Shown piece after piece: positions 30,759 through 42,155 of a stretch of DNA of 64,000 nucleotides. Below the pieces are notes generated by a model that made no database searches, had not been told where the DNA came from, and was given only the letters and a program-made list of their open reading frames with translations. The stretch is from contig CM000430.1 in assembly GCA_000165345.1 (NCBI GenBank), positions 384,001-448,000 on the forward strand, read 5' to 3'. How positions within the stretch are numbered: the stretch's first letter is position 1; each line of letters opens with the position of its first letter. The translations under genes were made by a program, and so were the position numbers.

Positions 30759-31538
30759 TTAGTCTATTTGCATAGAGGAAGTTTCTTGAGATTCATTAAT
30801 TTGTTCTATAGTTGGCGGTTGCTCTTGGTTAATAATTTGAAGATATTTTATTTTTTCTTCTTCTAATAATTCATTATAAATGTCATTTCTTCCTAAAATT
30901 GCCACATCCACATTTTCTTGATTCATTTCTTGTTCAGATGACAAGCTTGATCTTAATGCTCTTAAAGTATGTAAAATCAATTGATCCTTGCTACAATTAG
31001 CAAATTCTTTAAAATGTTTTTCCAAATAAGTTTTGCTAGCTTGAGATCTTGACCCTATTGCAATCGAGTAATATTCAAAGCAATTCCCGGAAGGGCATGT
31101 TTCAAATAAATGCGGGCCGCTTTCATCAAATCCTGCCAAGAGCAATCCTACGCCAAATGGCCTTCTGCCGTATTCTTGTGTATTTACCTGGGATTTCAAT
31201 ACAAGCCTGTTAACCAAAGTGTTCAATGGTATTGGTGAATCATATGTGAATGAGTAGTTTAGACATTCTGATCTAAGGTAGTTACAAATTACTTTAGCGT
31301 CTGCAGTAATCCCTGAAACTGCTACGCCAATATGGTTGTCAATTTTGTATAGTTTCTTTTGGTACCCAGCGAGCCTGCTTGTACTTCTTTTTATGCAAGC
31401 AAGAACAACTATCTCATCGTTTCTTGCTCCAACTACTGCAGTGCCTTGTTTAACTGCTTCCATTGCGTATTCAATCTGGAAAACTCTTCCTTGTGGAGAC
31501 CAAGTAACAACGTCCGTATCATATTGGTTTCTATACAT
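30759..31538 (-). CDS. PSMA1: 20S proteasome alpha subunit, type-1 (alpha6 / PSMA1)
   Basis: MYRNQYDTDVVTWSPQGRVFQIEYAMEAVKQG...YGRRPFGVGLLLAGFDESGPHLFETCPSGN...IGSRSQASKTYLEKH aligns nearly collinearly with PSMA1. Confidence 0.9.
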   Translation of the reverse strand: MYRNQYDTDVVTWSPQGRVFQIEYAMEAVKQGTAVVGARNDEIVVLACIKRSTSRLAGYQKKLYKIDNHIGVAVSGITADAKVICNYLRSECLNYSFTYDSPIPLNTLVNRLVLKSQVNTQEYGRRPFGVGLLLAGFDESGPHLFETCPSGNCFEYYSIAIGSRSQASKTYLEKHFKEFANCSKDQLILHTLRALRSSLSSEQEMNQENVDVAILGRNDIYNELLEEEKIKYLQIINQEQPPTIEQINESQETSSMQID

Positions 31539-31676
31539 TATTGAAATACTTATTAAAAAAACTAAAGTAATAAAAAGGATGTATTCACAACTACTAAATT
31601 GTTGTAAGAGTGAACAGAAAAAGTATCAAATACTCTAGAAACCTATTCTAGTACAATTCTATTTTTAGAAAACTTA

Positions 31677-31701
31677 GGGGGGTGGCGGCAATATTCGCGG
31701 G
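31677..31701. promoter_or_regulatory. GC-rich element GGGGGGTGGCGGCAATATTCGCGGG in the divergent promoter between proteasome alpha-1 and TFIIH p52
   Basis: The only GC-rich island in a 590-bp AT-rich divergent intergenic region. It contains GGCGGCAA, also seen at 6186-6193, and an E2F-like TTCGCGGG. Confidence 0.35.
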
Positions 31702-32129
31702 TTAATAATTAATGAATAAAAAGTCTAATTAAAATAAGTATAGACTGGTGCCTAAACATTAAACTACCTTTTTGAACACCAGGACATTAGTTAATTAGAA
31801 ACTAGAATAAAACACAAAATTAACTAATTTGATTCATTTTGAAATATTGTGTGAATTAATCTTGAGAATGCACCTTCTTAAATTAGTTAATTTTGAAAAT
31901 TTTTATTTACTAAGTTCATGTAAAATTGATACTTCAATCAAATTATTCCTTATTTGGCTTTTAAAACAGATTTTATATATCTTCATAAGACATTCTTTTT
32001 TAAACAATGTGATAAATAGTTGTTTTTTTGATGCCGCCATTTATATGACCCTTAATTATTCATAAAAATTTCATTAATACGGAGATGAATTAGCTTTTGG
32101 CTCCGCAAAAAGTTGCGTTTGTAGTAATA

Positions 32130-34259
32130 ATGTCAATAGAGAGACCTTTTGATTATAAAACTTCATCTCTTTCATCATGGAATTTACAAGAATACATAGC
32201 AACTTTGTCTAGCACGAATACATGCCTATTATTTGAAGATATTTCTTGTGTAACTGAATTATTTTCGTCCCTTTCTGAGATACAACAGAATATTGTATCT
32301 AGACTTATGATTTTGGGAAATGGATATGGAAATTACATAGGAGAACAAGCTATGAATATATGGATACTTACAACAAAAAGAAATGAATTGGAATATGCAA
32401 TTAGGAAATTAAGATCATTAAAAATAATTAAAGTCAATGTACTAGATTCTAACTCCCAAAAAAGTTCATCTGATTCTATTTCTGTGCAATACCAATTAAA
32501 CCCAATATTTCAAAAAACTTTATCTAAATTTTTGTATGAAGGGGATATATCTATTGGATTTGAAATGCCAAAGAGAAAATCCGAGATAAAGATCTCGTAT
32601 GAATCTCTCACGAAGTTTGTAAGAAAACAATGGAGTAATATTTTGAATATTATTGTTCAATTAAGCGGGAGTCAAAATGTTCCAAAAAATAGTGCTAATA
32701 CATTTTATAAATTCAAATTAATTTCCCCGGACACAATAAAAGTTCTGGATAATATCCAATTAATTTCTTGCGATATTGGGAAATACAACAAAAGAAATTC
32801 TTCTAATTCAAAGGGACTTAGAATTCAAATTGATAGTAGTTTATCTCAAGAAAGTAATGAACAGTTATTTGATGGTTTTGATCAAGAGGATAGATTTGGA
32901 TCTCAAAATGACCAAAATGCACTAGACATATACAACGAGATAAAATATGGTATGGCTGGAAGCAATTCTAACAGTGAAGAAGAATATTTGCCAACCAATA
33001 ATTTAAAAATTAAACCAAAGAAGAGAGTTATTAGTGCCAAACATACCCTTGCAAAAAACCAAGTTGATAAAATATTTGAACAGAAGTTGACACCAAAAGC
33101 TTTTTGTTGGTTACTTTGTGATAGCTGTAATCAATTGTTAATGCTTCTTAATGGATTTATAAAATTAGTAGAGCTTGAGTCAAACATTGAAAATGGAGAA
33201 TACAATTTTAGTCAAATAAACAGTGAAAATATACTAAACCCAACAATTACAAATGTAATAAGTCTAATAATGCGTATTTCAAGTTCAAAAGTTGGCCAGC
33301 CAATTTCAATACATAAGAAAACGAATAATAATATTTTGATGCGATTTGTTTTGTTTGCATATGATTTAGGACTGCTCTATTTTGATGAATCTATTATTGA
33401 GAGTAGTCTATATTCTTTGAAAAATAGATTCGAAAATCTTCGTGATTTAAATATTGAATTATTGTACACTACTCCTTTTTCATTGTTGATTGGCTCTGAG
33501 GGTCTGAAACTTCAAAGTTTATACTCTGCATTTAAAATTGATGACAACTTGATTCAAAAAAGTGACCCCGAAAATATCCAAAATTTTCTTCTTCCATCAC
33601 ATTTTTATTTTGACGAAGAATTATGGCATAAATCAACAACTGAAACAAGCAATGTAAAAATAAACGAACCTAACTGTTTGAGTATGAACTCTACTCGTCT
33701 CGAGGCAGGAATTATTGTTCAAAGTAACTTTAGGATTTACTGTTATACAGCATCTCCATTACAAGCCAAGATTCTTAGACATCTATGTCAAGTTAAGGTT
33801 CGTGGCCCAAACATCATTTGTGGAATATTGACTAGGAAAGGCTTGTTATCCGCATATTCAATGGGAGTGTCAGCTGAACAAATACTTAGATTTTTTTCCA
33901 GCAACGCGCATCCAATAATATTAAGGCGATTTATGTTAGAAGGAACGAGTATTATACCTGTGAATGTAGAAACGCAGTTGAAACTATGGGAGAAAGACAA
34001 AAATAGACTCAAAATTTCCCATGCAAGCACCTTTTCAGACTGGGGAGCAAGCCCTAACGATATTCAGCTATTTAGACAAACGATACTCTATGCAAGAAGT
34101 AAAGACATATTACTTTACAATTCCCCCATTGAATTAACAGAAAAAGAACTAAACTTAAATGTTGAATTACAAAAAAAGATTATATTAGTTATAAAACAGG
34201 AATATGAAGATGATATTAAGACTTTTATTCGAACAAAAAGAGAAGTTATTAATAAATAA
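32130..34259 (+). CDS. TFB2: General transcription factor IIH subunit p52 / Tfb2
   Basis: The first ATG is at 32130 (the track M at 32097 is TTG). The N-terminal LQEYIATLS...CLLFEDISCVTELFSSLSEIQQNIVSRLMIL and the C-terminal GIIVQSNFRIYCYTASPLQAKIL...AEQILRFFSSNAHPIIL...QLKLWEKDKNRL match the p52/Tfb2 family. Confidence 0.75.
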   Translation: MSIERPFDYKTSSLSSWNLQEYIATLSSTNTCLLFEDISCVTELFSSLSEIQQNIVSRLMILGNGYGNYIGEQAMNIWILTTKRNELEYAIRKLRSLKIIKVNVLDSNSQKSSSDSISVQYQLNPIFQKTLSKFLYEGDISIGFEMPKRKSEIKISYESLTKFVRKQWSNILNIIVQLSGSQNVPKNSANTFYKFKLISPDTIKVLDNIQLISCDIGKYNKRNSSNSKGLRIQIDSSLSQESNEQLFDGFDQEDRFGSQNDQNALDIYNEIKYGMAGSNSNSEEEYLPTNNLKIKPKKRVISAKHTLAKNQVDKIFEQKLTPKAFCWLLCDSCNQLLMLLNGFIKLVELESNIENGEYNFSQINSENILNPTITNVISLIMRISSSKVGQPISIHKKTNNNILMRFVLFAYDLGLLYFDESIIESSLYSLKNRFENLRDLNIELLYTTPFSLLIGSEGLKLQSLYSAFKIDDNLIQKSDPENIQNFLLPSHFYFDEELWHKSTTETSNVKINEPNCLSMNSTRLEAGIIVQSNFRIYCYTASPLQAKILRHLCQVKVRGPNIICGILTRKGLLSAYSMGVSAEQILRFFSSNAHPIILRRFMLEGTSIIPVNVETQLKLWEKDKNRLKISHASTFSDWGASPNDIQLFRQTILYARSKDILLYNSPIELTEKELNLNVELQKKIILVIKQEYEDDIKTFIRTKREVINK

Positions 34260-34307
34260 TCCTTAAATTTTTGCTTTAAATCTATCGTATAGATGTAAAA
34301 TTTTTTT

Positions 34308-35885
34308 TCAAACGCTGTCTAATATTTCTAATACCTTACCAACTGCAATAGTTTTTCCCTCATCTCTCAATGTAAATCTTCCTAACTGAGGGCACTTAGC
34401 AAATTCTTCAATGCAAAGAGGATTGGTAAGGGACATGTTGCATGTCAACATATATTGAGATTTTACGAATGCAGGCCTACTCTTCTTTTTTTTCGTTGAT
34501 AATTCAACTCCTTCCAATAATTCCTCAATGCAGACCTCTTCACAAGATGTGTTACAGTGAATAATGCATTCATATCCACTTGTTATTAGCGGCCTTTGTT
34601 CTAACAGTTCAACAAGAAGCAATTGTGCCTTAAACTTCTTAACCACTGGGCATAAATCGCTTTGGGAGCATAAAACAAAACCTTTAGAAAGTGAGTCTTC
34701 ATCTATATTTAGTAACTTTATTCTTACATTTTCACCTGGGCCAGACCATGCATATTCATCCATTTCTTCTCCAAGACAAATGCTTTGTATTTTTGCCTTA
34801 GCACGATTAGGCATTACAACCAAATTATCGCCACATCTAATTGTTCCTAGTTCTATTTTACCCATTGCAATAACGCCATTATCTCTATAGCCGTCCAACA
34901 AAGGAATACGGATTATACCATTATCTTCATTACCTGACGAGCGATCAGGAACAGATAAATATTTATCTAGAATATCAAACAATGTAGGCTTTTCCATACT
35001 ATACCAAGATGCTCTATGATCAAAATACTTTGGATTAGATTGGTCCGAAACATGATATTTCAAATTTTGACCGAGCTGTCCTGAAATTGGGACAAAAAAT
35101 ATGTCTTTGGCAGGATTATAGCCACAAGTTTTCAAATATGGAGTTAGTTTTTTCTCAATTTCATTATAACGATTTTGATCCCACATGCATGTAGGATCAT
35201 CCATCTTGTTAATTGCAACAATTAATTGATTAACTCCTAGTGTTTTTGCAAGCATTGCGTGCTCTCTAGTCTGACCACCTCTTTCAAAACCAGTCTCAAA
35301 CTCACCTTTCCTAGCAGAAATTATTAATACGCCAATATCCGCTTGACTAGCTCCAGAGATCATATTTGGGACAAAACTTTTGTGGCCAGGGGCATCTAGA
35401 ATAGTGAATCTTCTGTTTTTCAAGTTGAATGCAGCCCTCCCCACTTCCACAGTCTTCCCCTTACTTCTTTCCTCTTCATTTGTATCCATAATAAACGCCA
35501 AAAACCACGACTCCCTATTCTTCTCCTTCGCCTCCCTTTCATACTTTTCCATAGTTCGCTGGTCTACTAATCCGCAAGTATACAAAATATTACCACAAGT
35601 AGTTGATTTACCTGCATCAACGTGCCCAATAAAAACGATATTCATATGAGGTCTTGGATCAGGCTCTAACAAAGAGGCATTTATAGATTTTCCTGATGTA
35701 TTATTAGTTGGTTGCGCTATACCAGAAGCTTGAAATTCATTGTTTGAAAGCGTAGAATTCTTATTATTTTCCGAATCAACGTCATTTTGTAAATTTAAAC
35801 TGGTTTCTAATTTTTGGGAAATCTCTTCGGCTTTTACATCTCCTCCAGAGCTACTGCCCCTTAAAGTGTCCTCCCAGCTATTCAT
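34308..35885 (-). CDS. ERF3: eRF3 / GSPT-like translation termination GTPase
   Basis: NIVFIGHVDAGKSTTCGNILY, TMEKYEREAKEKNRESW, LDAPGHKSFVPNMISGASQADIGVLIISARKGEFETGFERGGQTREHAMLAKTLGV and NKMD show near-identity to eRF3. A start at Met 35885 (MNSWEDT...) is preferred over the ORF-track upstream Met at 35951. The N-terminus is N/S-rich. Confidence 0.85.
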   Translation of the reverse strand: MNSWEDTLRGSSSGGDVKAEEISQKLETSLNLQNDVDSENNKNSTLSNNEFQASGIAQPTNNTSGKSINASLLEPDPRPHMNIVFIGHVDAGKSTTCGNILYTCGLVDQRTMEKYEREAKEKNRESWFLAFIMDTNEEERSKGKTVEVGRAAFNLKNRRFTILDAPGHKSFVPNMISGASQADIGVLIISARKGEFETGFERGGQTREHAMLAKTLGVNQLIVAINKMDDPTCMWDQNRYNEIEKKLTPYLKTCGYNPAKDIFFVPISGQLGQNLKYHVSDQSNPKYFDHRASWYSMEKPTLFDILDKYLSVPDRSSGNEDNGIIRIPLLDGYRDNGVIAMGKIELGTIRCGDNLVVMPNRAKAKIQSICLGEEMDEYAWSGPGENVRIKLLNIDEDSLSKGFVLCSQSDLCPVVKKFKAQLLLVELLEQRPLITSGYECIIHCNTSCEEVCIEELLEGVELSTKKKKSRPAFVKSQYMLTCNMSLTNPLCIEEFAKCPQLGRFTLRDEGKTIAVGKVLEILDSV

Positions 35886-36080
35886 GTTATATTCTAAGTA
35901 GCAACAATTTATGTCGATATTTGATTTTAAGACGCAAATCAATAGACACAAAATTCCAGCGCCAGATGATTAATTGTAAAGGAAATCATTGACCGAAGAT
36001 AATGCGATTGAAATTTTTTAGCAGTTCTGTTTTCTATTAGTGATATAAAGAATTTCACAATATGTAGAGGGAGAAATATC

Positions 36081-37127
36081 TTAAACTAATAATTTTTCAC
36101 ATTGAATAAGTGTAGAATATTCTGGTGAAATATCATCGTCCGGATGTAATTTGCAGTAATCAATTAGGAAAATCATGCGTTTGTTAACTTCTTCTCGGAT
36201 TTTGTCTTTTGATGAACTGCTAAGTTTAGGATTGAAGGCATTAATCAGTTCGAGTAAGGTCTCCGAGATCGTTTCGCCGTATTGAATATTTTGATATTCC
36301 TTGTTAGATATAGAGTTGTTTTTTGAAAGAGTTAAAATAGTATCTATGATCTTACTGTTATTATTTCCAATGATATATTCACTTTTGACTACTCCTTGTA
36401 TTAATAAGTGTCTTAATAGTGACAGTGCTCTTTCACGAACTCCTACATTTTCAGAATGAAGCCACAAAGCAATAAGTGGTATTCCATTATCGGAAATAAA
36501 TGAGCCTTCTAGGGTTTTATTATGGCGTACCAGTGATGATATCGCAGTAATTCCTTTTGATTTATTTGTTTCAGAATCTTCACCTTGAACGCTTTGTTTT
36601 AATAATGATAAAGCTCCTAATTTTGCAAATGAATTTTGTACAGGTAAGTTGTTTTGCATACTCTTTGAAAGTATTTGATATGTAATAGATCTGACTTCTT
36701 CTGAGCGAGACAAACAGCTCAATAATGGTTGAACTATTCCTAATTTCTCAAAGTTTAAGGCACAGTCAGGAAGTTCTACACAACGATCTATTACTGCAAG
36801 TGAGGCAAGCACTTCTTCATCTAAAAAATTTAAGTTTAGTTATTTCACTCCTATTACCAAACTTACCATTCGAAAGACTTAGTTTATCCTTCGCTTCTAA
36901 AATTAATTTATTTGGATCAACCACATTTTTCATAGCTTCTCTAACTGCTCCCTGAAGAAATTCCAATCTTTCTGGGTCAATGTGCCTAATATTAGAATTA
37001 GAATATGTATCCTCTATAAAAATATGTATTACAATTAATAAATAATAAATAGGGTACTTTTATACAGTAATTCGAACATACCAATGTATCTTGAAGACCA
37101 TTTCAAAAGTTGTGACCAGTCGAACAT
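36081..37127 (-). CDS. FES1: Hsp70 nucleotide-exchange factor Fes1 / HspBP1-like (armadillo repeats), 3 exons
   Basis: Exons on the minus strand: 37127-37082 (MFDWSQLLKWSSRYI, with donor GTATGT), 37013-36867 (EDTYSNSNIRHIDPERLEFLQGAVREAMKNVVDPNKLILEAKDKLSLSN) and 36820-36081. The introns are 68 and 46 nt. The body ALNFEKLGIVQPLLSCLSRSEEVR...KSKGITAISSLVRHN...GIPLIALWLHSENVGVRERALSLLRHLL aligns with HspBP1 ARM repeats. The ORF track shows only the last exon, and its M is a GTG. Confidence 0.7.
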
Positions 37128-37285
37128 TTTTATAAATAAAATGAAAAGCAAATAATACCATGGCGCGTTGAAGTTGCATAAATAATATCGTTCTTTTCCT
37201 CTTTATAAAAATTGACCAATAACTATATTAATTGAAAAAGCTATAAATGTTTAACTATAACTTTTAGTTAATATTCAGACAAAAT

Positions 37286-40200
37286 ATGAGTTTTAAAGTA
37301 GAAAGTAATCTTGTTCGCTCAAGTACCTTAAAAAGTTACAATAAATCTTATATCAAGAAAACTAGAAGAGGGAAGATTAGAAAAGTCTCAAATGAAATTT
37401 ATGTTAGAAACGAGATACTATGCGGACTTAATTTTTGCACTTTGTGTTACGGGAAATATTCGGGTATTTCAAACCAAAAAGCTCGGAATATTATTTTTCC
37501 TAACTTTGATATATTTAATAAATACAGCGACTTCATTTTAGAAGATGAATCTTTAAATCACGTGGTGATTCCGTATTCAATACTCGACTATTTGAATGAG
37601 ACAGATAGAACCGTTATTAATAAATTAAGAAATAAACTTAGAAACCAAAATGAATTACCAATATTTAAAGAAATTGAACTGACGAGTGAAAATAACTTGT
37701 TTGATTATAATGTTAATCAGTATATTCGATTTCCAGACACGCAATTCACTGAAACATGTTTGAATCACTCAATTAGTAGATTTAATTTTGAAGATTGTGC
37801 TGGAAATTCAATTATAAAAGTAGCTATCTGGTTTATTAATCATTTATCAAAATCCAATATAAATATTCGTTTCTATATTTTGACAGAAAATGAAGAATGG
37901 ATCAAAAAATTTACTTCTAATTTATCATTTGACTCAAAATGTTTTATTGTAAATCCATATGAATATATTAATTTTGTCTCAAACGAATATGTAAATTCTG
38001 GTGATAAACTTCCTTTCAAAACATCGTTGGTGAATGATAATAGCCAACCAGAAAATAATTGCATTTTCACAGAATATGCCTCAGAAAGAGAGATTTTACA
38101 AGGAATTGACAGAGGAGTTTTATTTAAAGGCATATTGCGAATGATTTCTAGAAATAGGGGCGAAATAGAAGTAACAAACAAAAATAGAAAAATGACCGTT
38201 AATATAATTGGGCACCTTAATTTAAATAGGTCTATAGATGGTGACTTAGTTGTTGTTAAACTTGATGAAACATTAAATTGTGATGAAAAGAACTTAAAAT
38301 CCAAAATCAAATCTGAATTGGAGCTTGATCAAATAGAGGATTTTGAACATAGTGAAATAGCGGGAATAGGAAGTATTTTATTAGGAGATGACGATTATGA
38401 CGAAAATTCAGCATTAAACATCCAAAATATTAGCATTCAGAGTATAGAGAATGAAGATAATAATTCATTAGCTTTTTCTGAAAATACCAATTTTTCTGGG
38501 AGGGTTATTGGGGTATTAAGTCGCAATTGGGGTGAGTATTGTGGCTCTTTGGTTCCGATTAATTCAAATGACGATCGATTTAATATTTGCAACAACACCT
38601 CCACAAGGCAACATCGGATTTTTGTTCCAATCGACCCGAAAATACCAAAGATTATAATTCATACAAAACTTTCATCCACTATTGAAAATCAGAGACTAGT
38701 TGTAGTAATTGATGAATGGGACTGCTCATCATTTTATCCCACTGGGCATATAGTAGGAGTATTGGGTAAAGCTGGAGATCTTGAAACAGAAACTTCCGTA
38801 ATTTTACGTATAAGAGATATAAATTCATCTGAATTTTCTCCATCTGTTTTGAAATGCCTTCCAAATAATGATAGAAACGATGATTGGAAGCCGAATGAAA
38901 TTGACTTTAGAGATAGAGTTGATCTAAGAAATAAGTTAGTTTTTTCTGTAGATCCCCCAGGATGCAAAGACATTGATGATGCTCTAAGTATTGAATTGAT
39001 CAACCCAAATGATGATAATTCTCAAGAAAAGTGGTATCTTGTTTCTGTTCATATTGCTGATGTAACGCATTTTGTTAAGCCTAACACTCCAATAGATGAT
39101 GAAGCATCCAGAAGATCTAATACATGTTATCTTGTAAACAAAAGGATAGATATGCTCCCAGAAGAACTCACAACAAATATATGTTCTTTAGTTTCAAATA
39201 AAGATAGATTATCCTTCACATGTAATTGGGAAATTAACGAGAACGCAGAAATTAGAAATGTATACTTTAATAAAACAATAATAAATTCCAAGTACTCTTT
39301 CACATATCTTCAAGCACAAAATATCATTGATGACAAGTGCAACAATTCAGAAATAGCAATTTCTCTAAGAAGACTAATGAAAATTTCTCAAGTTTTAAGG
39401 AAAAATAGAATTAGTCGTGGTGCGATTGAACTCTCTTCTTCAGAAGTAAAAGTTGATTTTGAGGAATCCAGAAACTTATATCAAGACTTAAATCACAATG
39501 ATTTGGGCAAAGAACAAATTTCATCAGTAATTTTGAATATAAAAAATGTATACGCATATAATTATTTGAATACGAACTCAATGGTTGAGGAGTTTATGTT
39601 ATTGGCAAATGTTTCTGTTGCAAGGCAAATCATTTCAAAATTTCCAAACTGTTGTTTATTAAGAAGGCATCCTGAACCAAAGTACGATCAATTAGAGAAG
39701 CTTAAATATGTCCTTTCAAAAGTTGGAATCAGTAATTTTACCTATGAAAATTCATTAAGCTTATCTAACAGTTTGAAAAATATTCTAGATTCAGAAATTA
39801 TAAAGAAAAATCCCATTATTGGAAAATTGGTTCGAATTTTGACAACGCGTACAATGAATCAAGCATTATACTTCACAACTTGCAAATCTGTGGAGGGAAC
39901 ATTTCATTATGGCCTTGCAGAGGAAATATATACTCACTTTACTTCTCCTATTAGAAGATATGCTGATATTATTGTTCATCGTCTACTTTCGGCTTCTATT
40001 GGACTAGAGCCACTATGCGAATTAATTTTTGACAAAGACTATGTAAGTTCATGATATTTTAAATTTATTTTTATTCATTATTATTTTAGATGTTTAAGTT
40101 ATCAAATACGCTCAATAAAAATAAAAGAAATGCTCAAATGGCTGGTAGAGATTCAACAAGACTATTTATTTACCTTTTTTGTAAGCAAAACGGTAATCAA

Positions 40201-40490
40201 GAAACTGAAGGCATTATTATTCAAGTAAGAAATGACTCATTACTAATTTTTGTACCTAAATTCGGCTTTGAAGGTAAGTTAATAATCATTTAAAGGTTTC
40301 TAAATAATTGTTGATAGGCATTGCACCAATTGACAAGAGCAAATATATATTTGATGCTAATGTTCCTTACTTGAAAAATCTAGAGAAAGAAACTGATACT
40401 CTTAAATTATTTGATAAAGTAAAGGTTTCTATATATGCATCAGATGAATACTTCCAAAATAAGGTAATGATTAATATTATTTCTGATTAA
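37286..40490 (+). CDS. DIS3: Exosome catalytic subunit Dis3 / Rrp44-like RNase II-family exoribonuclease (CR3-PIN-CSD-RNB-S1), at least 3 exons
   Basis: Exon 1 is about 37286-40042: CGLNFCTLCYGKYSG CR3-like cluster, PIN-like region, then the RNB signature VDPPGCKDIDDALSIE...VHIADVTHFV...YFTSPIRRYADIIVHR. GTAAGT...AG introns sit at about 40043-40089 and 40274-40317. Exon 2 40090-40273 encodes MFKLSNTLNKNKRNAQMAGRDSTRLFIYLFCK, and exon 3 starting at 40318 encodes ...LFDKVKVSIYASDEYFQNK; both match the Rrp44 S1 tail. A possible further 30-nt intron (40464-40493) with a terminal micro-exon 40494-40511 is an alternative to the read-through stop at 40490. There is a 1-nt inconsistency between my count and the ORF-track end near 40031-40054. 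Confidence 0.8.
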
Positions 40491-40606
40491 TAGATATCAA
40501 TCCTTTATTGACAAGTGATTTAAATTGAAAAATTTATTTCCCAATATTATGCAGTGTTAGACCTGAGGTTGAATAATAATGAATATTTACAATAGCACTT
40601 GTTAAC

Positions 40607-41267
40607 TTACGATTTTTGTTCAGCAATACTTTTATCTGCCCTATAGAACGCAAGTTCAGACTCTAATTCTCTAATTGAGTTTTTTATATTCCTTTTCATA
40701 ACCTTTTTGTCAACCGTTGATATCAACTTCTCAAGTTGAATAATTTTTTTCGCTAAAAATAATTAGAATGAAAATTAAATTTTTAATAAACTTACATTCA
40801 ATTTTTTTCCTCTGATGTACTGTTGCAGAAAGAGATGATAATAAGTTAGTCAAAGCATCTGGGCGTATAACAACTAATGGTATCGGATTAATGCTTGGGA
40901 CCGCATCACCATTTCCAGTTGCGGTGTTCCTTATTTCTTCTCGAAGCTTTCCTTGATTGATACTTACAGGAGCAGTGTTAGGGAACTTTAAAGTCATCTT
41001 TATTGTTGTAGTTGGAGCCCCTGGGGTGGAAAAATTATTCAATTCACTAAATATCGGTCTCTTCTTGCTGAAACTCAAAACATCTGCAGCTTCTCCAACC
41101 AAATTGCTTGTGGCTCCATGTAGATTTTCGAGTTCTTTTTCGTGCTGTAATATACTTTGTCTAAGTTCTAGTAAATTGTTGATTTTATTGTCGCATCTAG
41201 CAACGTTTAAACAGTAGAAAAATAAAAATAAATAAGCAATAAATTGAATTCCAATAAAACCTTTCAT
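40607..41267 (-). CDS. Small secreted protein (signal peptide), paralog 1; 2 exons, the second tentative
   Basis: ATG at 41267 followed by the hydrophobic signal FIAYLFLFFYCLNVARC. On the minus strand GTAAGT lies at 40795-40790 and the acceptor AG at 40754-40753, giving a 43-nt intron. The downstream exon 40752-40607 is open for 48 codons (SKKIIQLEKLISTVDKKVMKRNIKNSIRELESELAFYRADKSIAEQKS*). Confidence 0.45.
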
Positions 41268-41383
41268 TATTAAAGTATATAAAGCCTTTTATCAGGGTTA
41301 TTATCAACCTTTGAGTATTTGAATTTTTTATTTTTGCAAAATAATTTAGTCATGCATTTTATTAAATTCACTTTAAATTTAAT

Positions 41384-41395
41384 TGCATGCATGCA
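41384..41395. promoter_or_regulatory. TGCATGCATGCA motif, about 120 bp upstream of secreted-protein gene 1
   Basis: Overlapping copies of TGCATGCA. This octamer is a known ApiAP2-bound promoter motif in Plasmodium, with orthologous binding reported for Cryptosporidium AP2 domains. Confidence 0.4.
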
Positions 41396-41588
41396 TTCCC
41401 CACAAACTATTATCATTGTAAAAATTTAATTATTTTTTTAATATGAAGCCTGTTCCATTTAAAAAAAAAATGATTAATATAAAAATCCAATTTAGATTTT
41501 GAATCAAAGCAACTAATCAAAGTGTAAAATTAGGATAATATAAATTAATAAATAATTATTTGACTAAACCATTTAATAGTTAAATTTA

Positions 41589-42155
41589 TTATTTATAGAG
41601 TTCTGCATCAGCAGCAAAGTATGCAGCATTTTGCAAAGTACTTTTTAATGATACTGCTACTTGGTCAGAGTTCACTTTTGGATTTGTAACAGCTTGTGCG
41701 AGAGCCTGCTCATCTACATAAGCTGCACTTCCCGGAGTATTTGCTTCTTTTTGATAGCTTGCCGAGAGGCTTTCTATATCTAATATTGGCTGAGGTGAGG
41801 TTATAATTATCGGAACTTTTGGGCCAGTATTTCCAAAAAATGGCAACTCCCCTAAGCCTGATAATGGCCCATAACCAATTGAAAGCGCTATTGTATCTCT
41901 TCCGTGCCTCACTACAGTTGGAGCTGAACCACTTGATTGATTGTTTTTGTCTGTTATTGGGTCTCCAAATCTCGTTTTCCCTAATGCAGTATTTGATGAT
42001 AGTTCCTTTACCATTTCTTCAAGTGTTGCTTGCTGTTCGAGAAATGTTGAATATAAAGCTCTGTTTCCCAATAAATTCACTCTAATTGACCCAATGTAAC
42101 CGCATCCCATAAAGAGGAATATTAATCCAAAAAATAATCTATAATATTTATGCAT
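41589..42155 (-). CDS. Small secreted protein (signal peptide), paralog 2
   Basis: 188 aa. The N-terminal hydrophobic segment LFFGLIFLFMGCGYIGS looks like a signal peptide. Weak collinear similarity to paralog 1 (LEQQATLEEMVKELSSN versus LELRQSILQHEKELENL; VPIIITSPQPILDIESLSAS versus VPSINPIPLVVIRPDALTNLLSSLSA). Confidence 0.5.
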   Translation of the reverse strand: MHKYYRLFFGLIFLFMGCGYIGSIRVNLLGNRALYSTFLEQQATLEEMVKELSSNTALGKTRFGDPITDKNNQSSGSAPTVVRHGRDTIALSIGYGPLSGLGELPFFGNTGPKVPIIITSPQPILDIESLSASYQKEANTPGSAAYVDEQALAQAVTNPKVNSDQVAVSLKSTLQNAAYFAADAELYK

